Source of the DNA: a virus
Taxonomy: Duplodnaviria; Caudoviricetes
Direction: 5' to 3' (one strand)
Length of the DNA: 64,000 bases
IMG/VR virus record: IMGVR_UViG_3300033121_000983
Location: 32,001 to 96,000 of that record
In this document: positions 7,372-15,846 of the stretch, one piece after another
Position numbering within the stretch: position 1 is the first letter of the stretch
Layout: each line of letters opens with the position of its first letter
Position numbers and translations under genes: made by a program
The notes under the pieces: generated by a model
Seen by the model: only the letters and a program-made list of their open reading frames with translations
Told to the model about the DNA's origin: nothing
The model's database searches: none

Positions 7372-10009
7372 ACGACGCGACTGGTCGCCGCCGTGTACGT
7401 CGGGTGGCAGCTTCAAACCACGGCAGATCGATAACCCAGCTGGCTTCGCGATCTTCTACCATAGCTTGCGCTGACGTTAGCGCTGCGCTGATCGAGAACG
7501 CGGACAGGGGGACTTCCCACAAGCTGTGCACCGCAGCCAGATACGCAGTCTTGGGGATTTCTAGTGTAGTCGGCGTAGCGATCAGCTTTACCCCGCCGCG
7601 CACGTCCCCGTCCACACTGGCAATGCCGCGCGCACGCAGCTTCACCAACGACTGCGCAAAACCGCGCGCGATCTGTACGGCGTCGCGTGTGCGCAGCAAC
7701 CCACCACTGCCGGTTAGCGCACCAATCGGTGTGCTAGGGCTGACGCGCTCAACAAACAGCTGCAGATCGTCCAGTACAGTCTCTACCCAGTCGACGTCGC
7801 CGCCTGGCAGTAGTTGTGACTGCAGCATATGCGCGATGTAGGCTGTCAACAGTTTCGCCATGCTGGCAGTCGCGGCGGTCGGCGGTCGTTGGGCCTTAGC
7901 GACATCCACGACGTACCACTGCTCAGTTAGATGCAGCGCATCCTGCGTATCGTCCGCGACTGTCGTGATTACGCCGTCAAAACCGCTACGCTCAGTCAGC
8001 CACCGAATGAAAGCCTTTGTGCGACAAAACGTCGTATCAATCGCTGTCGGCCAGGCATGCACACGCTGTGTATCGATGTGTTTGGTGCAGTCGGTGATGC
8101 GCGCGGGCCGGACTGACGTCAAACCGCAGCCCTGCGCTAGGCGCACCAGCAGTTCATCTGCACCGGCGCCATGTAGCAACAGGTTTGGCGGTGTAACACG
8201 CGCAAGGGGCGCAAGGACACCAGCGGCAACACAACCGACGAGCGCAATCAGCGCGCGACGAGTGTGCTCGTCGCCCAGATCCTCGATATCCTGCGACGTC
8301 ACGACATCAGGCGCAGGCAGTAGGTACCCGGGGGCGTCGGCTTGAAAACCGCCTTCATGTTGGCGTGCCACACCATTACTGCCGATCTCGAATTGCGGCA
8401 ATACTAGGCTGCCGCGGGTGTGATCCCAGCCGATGTGATCTGCGCCGCGCACCAAGGCAGGTGCGTGCAGCTGCATGGCGATCTGCGTGATGTAGCGACG
8501 CCAGGACGGGTTGGCGTACAGTACGCCACTGTTATGCCGCAGCAGCACTTGCTGCAGCCACTCTTGTGTATTGCGTTCGATCGTATCGCGCTCGTCGCAG
8601 AACGGGATCTCCTGTCCCTTGTAGATCACGCGTCCCTGGTACAGCGTGACATTCAGCCGTGGGCGGTGCACGACACGATCAATACGCAGGATCGCATTAA
8701 CGAGTAGCGTACCTGCACCGTACGTCGTACTCCCGAGCGGACTGGCGTACCAGGCGCCTTCACGTTCAACGACTACGAATCGACCAAGCTGTACGCTGCG
8801 CTGATCGTAGGCGTCGCCTAGCAGCTTAGCCGCACGTTTCTGTACATCGAGGCTGCACGCCGCCAGCAGTTGCGAAACCTCCACATTGCGGTCACCGATA
8901 GCACTCAGCAGCGCCAGCAGTTTCTCGTCGTTCAGTGAGCGCATCAGCTTTGAGGCAGCTTCGTGCCATGGCTGCGCACGCTCGATAACCCCGTCGATGA
9001 GCTCCTCGGGCGTCTCACCGCCCGGGCGCTGTAGCGACTTAAGTATCGCGTCGGTCGAGACTGTTGCGATTGGACTGTTTAATTGGTACGCCGTAGCAAT
9101 GCCGGCGTCCGACAGGTTCGGCTCCCAGAGGACGATGTCTGCGCCACGCAGGGCCTGCCAGGCTGTGGACAGTCGCGTCTGCTTGGCGGACCAATGCACT
9201 AGCGGGACAGTACGGCGCTCAGCAACCGCGCTGCGTAACTGCAGTTTCAGATAGAGCCCGAGGCGCGAGGTTGCCAATACTCGGCGGCGCCCGCGATTCG
9301 GCGGGTCCTGTAGCAGCTTTGGCGGTGTAGCCAGACCGTAATCGGCATCGAACATACAGTCGATGCGATCTCGTGTCATCTGCCAGCCGCGGCCGAGGAA
9401 CGTAAACCCGCTGTGCTGGCCTGGTAATCGCCAGCGCGGCACCACGAGCACGTCAGCCCAATTTGCGCCGCGGAAGAGTTTGTTGTGAGACGCGGTGCCG
9501 CCATAGATCTGTTCCACGGTTTCGTACGGCGCAACGCCGCAGATATCGCGCAATCGTTCGCGCAGTTCGTTATGGCTTGTCGGCAGCGCGCGGCAGAGTT
9601 GCGACAGCTTTGCGCGAAAATCGACTTCAGGTTTCGCTAAATTTTGCTGCGCGTCGCGCCAGAATCGACTCGCCGTGCGCGCCGGTCGATGGTATTTTGC
9701 ACGGTAGAGGGGCAGGGTCGAACGGGTGCTGACAACAGGGATCCCGTGCTGCCGCAAGCGCTGCACGGTCTCTTCGATGTTAGTGCGCCAGAGCTTGCCC
9801 GACAGGTAGAGCAGGTTTCCAGCCACGTGGCAATTGCGGCACGCCGCCCATTGGCCGTAGCCAATAACGTCAGCGTAGATTACCATAGTACCGTTGTGGC
9901 AAAACGGACACGTTGTCCGCGCCGGTAACGCAGCGGTTGGTGACGGCAGCTGAAACAGCCGTAGCCAGGCTTGCCAGTCGATCGAGGCGTGAATTGCGCC
10001 AGGAGTCAT
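7370..10009 (-). CDS. Large protein with an N-terminal primase-type (CHC2-like) Zn finger; replication-related, possibly a degenerate primase/helicase
   Basis: CPFCH...CRNCHVAGN followed by a helical segment typical of primase zinc-binding domains. No clear TOPRIM or Walker motifs. Confidence 0.5.
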   Translation of the reverse strand: MTPGAIHASIDWQAWLRLFQLPSPTAALPARTTCPFCHNGTMVIYADVIGYGQWAACRNCHVAGNLLYLSGKLWRTNIEETVQRLRQHGIPVVSTRSTLPLYRAKYHRPARTASRFWRDAQQNLAKPEVDFRAKLSQLCRALPTSHNELRERLRDICGVAPYETVEQIYGGTASHNKLFRGANWADVLVVPRWRLPGQHSGFTFLGRGWQMTRDRIDCMFDADYGLATPPKLLQDPPNRGRRRVLATSRLGLYLKLQLRSAVAERRTVPLVHWSAKQTRLSTAWQALRGADIVLWEPNLSDAGIATAYQLNSPIATVSTDAILKSLQRPGGETPEELIDGVIERAQPWHEAASKLMRSLNDEKLLALLSAIGDRNVEVSQLLAACSLDVQKRAAKLLGDAYDQRSVQLGRFVVVEREGAWYASPLGSTTYGAGTLLVNAILRIDRVVHRPRLNVTLYQGRVIYKGQEIPFCDERDTIERNTQEWLQQVLLRHNSGVLYANPSWRRYITQIAMQLHAPALVRGADHIGWDHTRGSLVLPQFEIGSNGVARQHEGGFQADAPGYLLPAPDVVTSQDIEDLGDEHTRRALIALVGCVAAGVLAPLARVTPPNLLLHGAGADELLVRLAQGCGLTSVRPARITDCTKHIDTQRVHAWPTAIDTTFCRTKAFIRWLTERSGFDGVITTVADDTQDALHLTEQWYVVDVAKAQRPPTAATASMAKLLTAYIAHMLQSQLLPGGDVDWVETVLDDLQLFVERVSPSTPIGALTGSGGLLRTRDAVQIARGFAQSLVKLRARGIASVDGDVRGGVKLIATPTTLEIPKTAYLAAVHSLWEVPLSAFSISAALTSAQAMVEDREASWVIDLPWFEAATRRTRRRPVAS

Positions 10010-10011
10010 CA

Positions 10012-11190
10012 ATGCAATCCATTTTTCGTAACGGCGATCAGCTCAACGAACAAGCTGTAAGTCGTGTCGCGCAGCTCTACGACTTGCCGGACTACGTGAA
10101 AACCGCCGACGTCGATGATGCTTTTCCGTCGCAGACACGTCAATTGCCGGCTACGGTCTTTGGTGATGCTCACACGCGATCCTTCGCTGTACACACTAAG
10201 GCGGCGTGCTGGTTAGCCGCTGTGGACTTCGAAGAGCAGCGTGCACGGTTCTCTGCGAAGTACGCGGCCCGGGTGGAAGCGGCAATCACGAAAGCCGCAT
10301 CCGCATGGGGTATTCTGCCAGACGTTGAGCGCGTCCGCAACGCGGCTACGGCGATGCGGCAAACTTCACTGGAAAAACTGGCCGATTCCGAGTTCGCGCT
10401 GGTGCGTCAGCTTGGCAACCAGGTTGAGCGTCAGTACCCGCTGCGCAACGCCGCTGAAGTGGCCGCGGCTGCTGCGTGGCTGCACAAGTACGCAGCTGAG
10501 TTTCCTCGACGCGATCGCCAGAAAATCGCGCAGCGCATCGTGGATCGTTGCGACGACACCGGAGCGGCAATTGATAGCGCTACCCGGGAATTCCTCGACA
10601 AGGTCGCCGGTTACGGCGTCCCGGATTGCCGACAGTTTGGCGCTGCCATTGTGCAGCGCAGCAACATGATCGGTAACCCTACGCTGGCGCGCGAGTTGCT
10701 GAAAGTCGCGGGACTGCTGCACTCCGCTGTCGACGGTCAACCGCTGTCGCCGGACGTGTTGGACGGCATGCTCGACAACCTCGACGTGCTTGATCGCAAC
10801 TACAAGTTCACCGCACGTTACGGACGAGATCTGACGCTGCCGGAAGAAGCGTGTTACGCCGTCGGGCTGCACAAAGCGGCAGAGACGCTGCGCGACGTCG
10901 TGCAGCTTACGTCAGGGCATGTCTACACGAAGGACGCGCTGGCAGAACTGCCGTTGTCGAGCGTGACGGATGTGTTCGGAGAGGACATCGCCGCGCAGTG
11001 CTCCAGCGATGGGCTGTTCGTTGACCGCGAAAAACTCGCAGAAGTTGCCGCTGTCTTGCCTCGCCCAGATGCGATGACACTGCACTCGTTGCTGCAGCGG
11101 CACGGCGTGCAGGAACTCGTCGACAAGACTGCGGCAACGGCGGCTCCGCGGCTGACACACGACGACTGGATCGCGCTTGTCCCGGCGTAG
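10012..11190 (+). CDS. Hypothetical K-x-A-rich protein, predicted head-internal or maturation substrate
   Basis: ATG 10012 with AGGAG 6 nt upstream. 13 of 14 Lys lie in K-x-A, as in the head-cluster proteins. Confidence 0.7.
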   Translation: MQSIFRNGDQLNEQAVSRVAQLYDLPDYVKTADVDDAFPSQTRQLPATVFGDAHTRSFAVHTKAACWLAAVDFEEQRARFSAKYAARVEAAITKAASAWGILPDVERVRNAATAMRQTSLEKLADSEFALVRQLGNQVERQYPLRNAAEVAAAAAWLHKYAAEFPRRDRQKIAQRIVDRCDDTGAAIDSATREFLDKVAGYGVPDCRQFGAAIVQRSNMIGNPTLARELLKVAGLLHSAVDGQPLSPDVLDGMLDNLDVLDRNYKFTARYGRDLTLPEEACYAVGLHKAAETLRDVVQLTSGHVYTKDALAELPLSSVTDVFGEDIAAQCSSDGLFVDREKLAEVAAVLPRPDAMTLHSLLQRHGVQELVDKTAATAAPRLTHDDWIALVPA

Positions 11191-11212
11191 TTTCCTTTGA
11201 CGTTAAATCAAA
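11191..11212. promoter_or_regulatory. ACGT-centred palindrome, site 2 (TTTCCTTTGACGTTAAATCAAA)
   Basis: Fills the gap between convergent genes; 18 bp are identical to site 6. Confidence 0.65.
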
Positions 11213-11919
11213 GTCATCGCGTCGCCGTTCTCGAGCGGCAGCTGCTGTAGCTGTGCCATAAGCTGCCGCAGCAGGAGCTGCGTGTCGTCGGCCATGTCAT
11301 CGGCGTCATCTTGTTTGGCGCCGAGAACGCCTGTGGCTTCGGTCGGATTACCCAGCGCTAGCGAATCGTAGTCTGGCTGGAAATAGCTGCCAGCGGCCAC
11401 GCGTAGCACGTTAGGCGGGCTGTAAAGACCTTCCTCGCGCAACAGCTTGCCAATGAAAGCGGAGATCTCAGGCACGAACAGTTGTTCCGTGCCGTACTCC
11501 TCATCCGGCAGCAGCAGCATCGCTTCCGTAATCGCCCAGGCGCATTCTCGCGTGTCCGGCAGTGCTACGATATCGAACCGTAGACCGTTGCCGCAGAGCG
11601 CCTCAGTAAGCGTGCAGAACATCGGCTGCCGCTGAAAGAAGTCGTCAGTCTGCACGATGCTCATCGCAGCCATGAGCTTGCCGAAGTTGAACTTGTCCAG
11701 ACGGATTCGGTAATCTTCGGCAAGCTCATGCTGCAAGGTAGACGGGGTCCAGTCCAGGCATTCGAGCCCGAACCGATCAACACAGAACGTCAACAGCGTT
11801 GTGCCAAATACGTCGTCGCCGTGAAACAGCCGTAACAACTCCGGCTCTGTCAGCTTGCGGCGGACATTAACCGGCGTGTCGTTGTCCGACAACAGTACAG
11901 AGTTGGCAGCTGCCGACAT
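11203..11919 (-). CDS. Hypothetical protein
   Basis: 238-aa ORF with globular, protein-like composition in operon context. Confidence 0.7.
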   Translation of the reverse strand: MSAAANSVLLSDNDTPVNVRRKLTEPELLRLFHGDDVFGTTLLTFCVDRFGLECLDWTPSTLQHELAEDYRIRLDKFNFGKLMAAMSIVQTDDFFQRQPMFCTLTEALCGNGLRFDIVALPDTRECAWAITEAMLLLPDEEYGTEQLFVPEISAFIGKLLREEGLYSPPNVLRVAAGSYFQPDYDSLALGNPTEATGVLGAKQDDADDMADDTQLLLRQLMAQLQQLPLENGDAMTLI

Positions 11920-11947
11920 CGTAGCGCATCCGTAACGAGTTGGCGGC

Positions 11948-12325
11948 CTAGAAGCGCAGGCCGGTCGCGTTCAGACGAATTTCCACGCGATAGGCGTGGA
12001 TACGCCCGGCGCCGACCAGCACGTTACCTTCACTATCGACGGCGTACGGCGCGTCGTTCAGCGCAGGCTGCGGATTGGCCAGGCCCATTTTCTGGGCGAC
12101 TTGCCGTGCAAAGTCGGTCGCTGCCTGGCTGCCAAGTTTTTCGATCGCGAATTGCATTCCGCGACGCATCAGAGCGGGAGACGCTTCAAGCGTCACCACT
12201 CCTTCCTGATCTCCGACGTATGTGGCGGCGCGCGTGCCGCCTTCTTTTGTGCGCTCCTGCTGCACGACGTTGAAATCAACGGCGGCGGCAGACGGTTGTG
12301 CGGTGTATGCGTCCGCTGCGAACAT
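11948..12325 (-). CDS. Hypothetical protein
   Basis: 125 aa; AGGAG 8 nt before the ATG. Confidence 0.7.
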   Translation of the reverse strand: MFAADAYTAQPSAAAVDFNVVQQERTKEGGTRAATYVGDQEGVVTLEASPALMRRGMQFAIEKLGSQAATDFARQVAQKMGLANPQPALNDAPYAVDSEGNVLVGAGRIHAYRVEIRLNATGLRF

Positions 12326-12347
12326 CTTTCAGACTCCTAATAGACTT

Positions 12348-12678
12348 GCGCAAATTGCGCTTAACCACAGTGTAGCTGCCCGTACGAACAGCCGCAACGG
12401 CCGATAGCTAAAGCGAAGGCCCCTGGTAAGAGAAAGCCGACGGCTAACCGTCCTGCTGAACGAAGCTGTAACGCGCTCATGCTTGAAGAATTAGCGCCGC
12501 GGTTAAGCGGAACTATTTCAACAAACATGAGCCACGTCAACAGCTTCGTCCAACAGGACGATAGCCAGAAACACGACGCAAGCCGGCACTTAGAAACACC
12601 TTCGCCGTATTCGGTGTATTCGGCGAAGCCCGCCCGCGAGCGGAGCCTTAGACACTGCCCCTAGGTGCCGGCGTTGCG
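12348..12678 (-). ncRNA. Candidate multi-domain structured RNA (~330 nt)
   Basis: Multibranch domain 12577-12678, 125-nt irregular rod 12442-12566 and three-way junction 12373-12410. Many + strand C/A mismatches read as G-U pairs on -. Confidence 0.55.
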
Positions 12679-13200
12679 CTACTTGCCTGCGGCGTACTCA
12701 GCTTGCGCCTCCGCGGTGAGGCAAGCCGGGCATGCGTCGCATGTACACGCGGCGCCGACGCTATCGCTGTCATCGACAGCATCAGCGCCGCTCTGAAGCG
12801 AACTGTACAGTTCCTTCAGGAACGGGTTTGTGATTGGCGGGCTGGTGATCAGCTCGTCGCCGATCTCTTCCGCCAGCAGACGCTCCGGGTCGAACTCGTT
12901 GAGCAACTCTTCGAGTTCGAGCTCGTCGATTGCCACGCCCGCGAGGCCATCATCGAGCATGTCGTGCTGCGCGTCCAGCGCAGCTTGTCGGCGGTAGAGC
13001 TTGGCCAGCTCTCGGTCTTGCCGACGGTCGTCATCATCGCAGACTCGATCTTCGTCGTCGACGAGTGCCAGGTCGGCACGCCCCGAGAGGCGGCTGAACT
13101 GACGCAAGAGCATGGGTTCTACGGCAGATGCGATAAACATTGTGAAGCCTTTCACAAGTGTGAGCTGCTGTCGTTTGACAGTTACGACAGCGGTACACAT
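12679..13200 (-). CDS. Highly acidic hypothetical protein with a C-terminal CxCxxCxxC motif
   Basis: D/E-rich ORF ending ACTCDACPAC. The true start may be ATG 13140. Confidence 0.6.
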   Translation of the reverse strand: MCTAVVTVKRQQLTLVKGFTMFIASAVEPMLLRQFSRLSGRADLALVDDEDRVCDDDDRRQDRELAKLYRRQAALDAQHDMLDDGLAGVAIDELELEELLNEFDPERLLAEEIGDELITSPPITNPFLKELYSSLQSGADAVDDSDSVGAACTCDACPACLTAEAQAEYAAGK

Positions 13201-13233
13201 GTTATGCCCGTGAACCCGCGCGAATTTAGCTGC

Positions 13234-13572
13234 CTAGAACTTCATCGTGATCCGCTTACCGTTTTGCAGGTAATTCGGGATACGGACCTCGCGCGTCTGC
13301 AGCAGCGTCTTCAGGCGCAACTTACGCTCGGTCGGCAGCGCCATAATTTTGCGATGCAGCTCGTCGTAGTCGTACGACTTACGCGCCATGGCTTCGCGCA
13401 GCAACCGCTTACGCTGACACTCGCTGCAGTTCGCAGGGATCGCCTTCTGCGCTGAGGTTGTCGCGGCGCTGTAGACGTCAGCGAAAAACGGAAACTCACC
13501 GGTGAAGATGGAAGAGCGCATCATCGACAGCAACCGCGTCTGGCTGAGTTCTACCGATGCCTTGAGAGCCAT
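13234..13572 (-). CDS. Small basic hypothetical protein with CxxC
   Basis: 112 aa, GGAG RBS, CSEC motif. Confidence 0.65.
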   Translation of the reverse strand: MALKASVELSQTRLLSMMRSSIFTGEFPFFADVYSAATTSAQKAIPANCSECQRKRLLREAMARKSYDYDELHRKIMALPTERKLRLKTLLQTREVRIPNYLQNGKRITMKF

Positions 13573-13582
13573 GACCTACTCC

Positions 13583-14011
13583 TTACACAGACTCGCTGTC
13601 AGCCAGGTCAGCGCCGATGCGCACGCTGTCGGTCACCGCGATACTGTCGAGTCGGTTTAGCTGCGTCACCAACCGACCGACACTGGCTTTGATGATTGTC
13701 CACATTTGATCGGCCGCGTCGAGGGACGGCACAAGCACGTCGATCTGCGACAGGCGAAAGAACGGCGGATCCTGACCAGTCGCCGGATCATCCGTGGGGT
13801 ACTCAACGATATCGACTGCCTGGACCACCGTGATCAGTTCGTCGCGCGTTGCTGTGTGTGCCGAATCCGTGTAGACGCGCTGAAACAGGAAGATTTCCGA
13901 CGGCATCAACACCGGATCTTCGGCGACAATCACCACGCGCCAGGTCGGGGCGTTCTCGCCTTCGATCCGCGTCGGCTCGCTGCGCGTCAGAGTCACTCCG
14001 CGATCACTCAT
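13583..14011 (-). CDS. Hypothetical protein (possibly virion-associated)
   Basis: ATGA overlap with the glycosyltransferase stop codon. Confidence 0.65.
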   Translation of the reverse strand: MSDRGVTLTRSEPTRIEGENAPTWRVVIVAEDPVLMPSEIFLFQRVYTDSAHTATRDELITVVQAVDIVEYPTDDPATGQDPPFFRLSQIDVLVPSLDAADQMWTIIKASVGRLVTQLNRLDSIAVTDSVRIGADLADSESV

Positions 14012-15846
14012 TGCCCTGGCTCCGGTAACAGCCACGGCGGAGATTCAACGTATCCGCGGCGGCTTTTTGGCGGCGTAAAAATGTGGCACTTACCGACGTT
14101 GAACGCAACGGTGCGATACCCGCCCTGGTGGAGCTGTTCGCCGATCGTCACGTCGCCGCCGTTATGGTTCAGGCGTTTGCACGGGATGTCGCAGGCCAGC
14201 AAGGCCGACGTGCGTGCACACCAGAACCAACCTACCGGAAAGTGTACACAGTTTCCGTTGGGCGCGCAGCTGCCGTGCGCTGTGCGGAACTGCCGTTGCC
14301 GGTACCACGGGGCGTCACGAAACCACTGCAGCTGATATGAACGCTGAATGCGGCTGAATAAGGGAATGCCGAAACAGCCCACGTCATCTGCGCAGTCGCG
14401 CTGTAACTGGCGTAAGCGCTGATACCAGCTCGTATCGATCACGTAGGTATCGTCGTCGAACCACAGCACCCAGGGCGTGGTGATCGGCGCACTTGGGTCG
14501 TGAAACATCTCGCGCATCGCCGGATACTTACGCCGGCTGTGCTCATCGACGTAAAGCCGCGTCGACGGCAGCGCCTCGCAGAGTTCCTGCAAGTACCCCA
14601 GCGTGTCAGCGCCGACCTGGTTGCATCCGATGCGGAATTCCAGCGCCCCTACTGGCGTGCTGGCGCGAATAGAGTCGAGACACCGCCTATGCATCTCAAA
14701 CTCGTGACGCTGTCGCCCGTGCATCAGAATGCAGCAGGTCATCTCGGCGACAGGAGCTACTTCAGGTCCAACGGCTTCTGTTCGTTTCTGCTGCACAGCT
14801 TGTGGTGTCTCCTTACCAACGGCGATCTGCGCGGGCATACGCACAACACTAGGCGGCGTCCATACGCTAGGCAGCGCATAGGTCGCCAACGCGTCCACGA
14901 CCATCTGCGGTTTAAGCATTTTCATGCAGCGCGCTACCGGCTGCGCGCCGACACTTTCCGGGTAGTCGCACAGTGATTTCTCATTCTTCTCCACGCCGTC
15001 ATACAGTTTCACGATGCGCTGCCGCCAGCAACCGCTGCGCTCGCAGCAACTGAGCTGGCCCATCGTATTGAGGTACGTGTGTGGAACACGCACGGGCTCA
15101 CAGGCGCCGCCAAATTGCTCAGGAAACAGGTTGGCGTACTGCTCCCAGTGCGGATCCTCGCGTCCACCAGCTAGCACCACGCAGGGCTTGTGTAGCGCGC
15201 CTGCGATGTGCATCGGCAGCGAGATTCCGCAGACCACGCCGTGCGAGTGGTAAATGTTGACGAATAGGTCGCGGATGTTCGTTTTGCCGACCATCGAAAG
15301 CGCGTCGGCGAGCGGCGGATGCACGTGACGCGGTTTAGCCGCGCCCTCCTGCACGAACTGCCAGCCGCGCTCCATGCCGAGCCGCACAACTTCCTGGTAG
15401 TACTCAGTCGGCCAGAACTTGACGGTGATGTCGAGTTTGCCGCCAGGCACGATCACCAGGTAGTCGCCGGCGATGATCGGGCGCGTGCGCTCTTGCTCGG
15501 TCAGGTGGATGTCGCCATGCGGTTTAGTCAACGTCACCGGCAGGCCCGTCTTCGCCGTAAAGTCGCGAAAATACGCCGTGAGGTAGTGCTGGCGCACTCC
15601 ATTGCGAGACTGTGTGATATAGGCCCGCTCTGATAACTGCACTTTTTGTGCGTCGCGGTCGCTATCAGCCAGCGACGTGAGATAAGGATTGTGCAGCCAG
15701 ATCGAGTCGGTGAAGTAAGAACGCACGTCAACAAGCACGTCGTCGCCATAACGCAGTTTAATGTCCCGCACGAGCGCGGTCAGCACGAGAGTGTCGCCAG
15801 GTGCACCCTGGTACTGCAGGATGAATTTTTTAGGTGTGCGCGCCAT
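14008..15846 (-). CDS. Bifunctional glycosyltransferase: GT9 (heptosyltransferase-like, GT-B) fused to a GT2-like (GT-A) domain
   Basis: GT9 hallmarks APGDTLVLTAL, KFWPTEYY and HIAGALHKPCVVL; C-terminal WVLWFDDD (DxD) and GGDV. Confidence 0.85.
   Translation of the reverse strand: MARTPKKFILQYQGAPGDTLVLTALVRDIKLRYGDDVLVDVRSYFTDSIWLHNPYLTSLADSDRDAQKVQLSERAYITQSRNGVRQHYLTAYFRDFTAKTGLPVTLTKPHGDIHLTEQERTRPIIAGDYLVIVPGGKLDITVKFWPTEYYQEVVRLGMERGWQFVQEGAAKPRHVHPPLADALSMVGKTNIRDLFVNIYHSHGVVCGISLPMHIAGALHKPCVVLAGGREDPHWEQYANLFPEQFGGACEPVRVPHTYLNTMGQLSCCERSGCWRQRIVKLYDGVEKNEKSLCDYPESVGAQPVARCMKMLKPQMVVDALATYALPSVWTPPSVVRMPAQIAVGKETPQAVQQKRTEAVGPEVAPVAEMTCCILMHGRQRHEFEMHRRCLDSIRASTPVGALEFRIGCNQVGADTLGYLQELCEALPSTRLYVDEHSRRKYPAMREMFHDPSAPITTPWVLWFDDDTYVIDTSWYQRLRQLQRDCADDVGCFGIPLFSRIQRSYQLQWFRDAPWYRQRQFRTAHGSCAPNGNCVHFPVGWFWCARTSALLACDIPCKRLNHNGGDVTIGEQLHQGGYRTVAFNVGKCHIFTPPKSRRGYVESPPWLLPEPGQ

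Noticed and set aside
12348-12678. tRNA, tmRNA, SRP RNA or hammerhead identity for the structured region
   Set aside because: No T-loop cloverleaf, tag reading frame, SRP helix-8 motif or CUGANGA/GAAA core was found.
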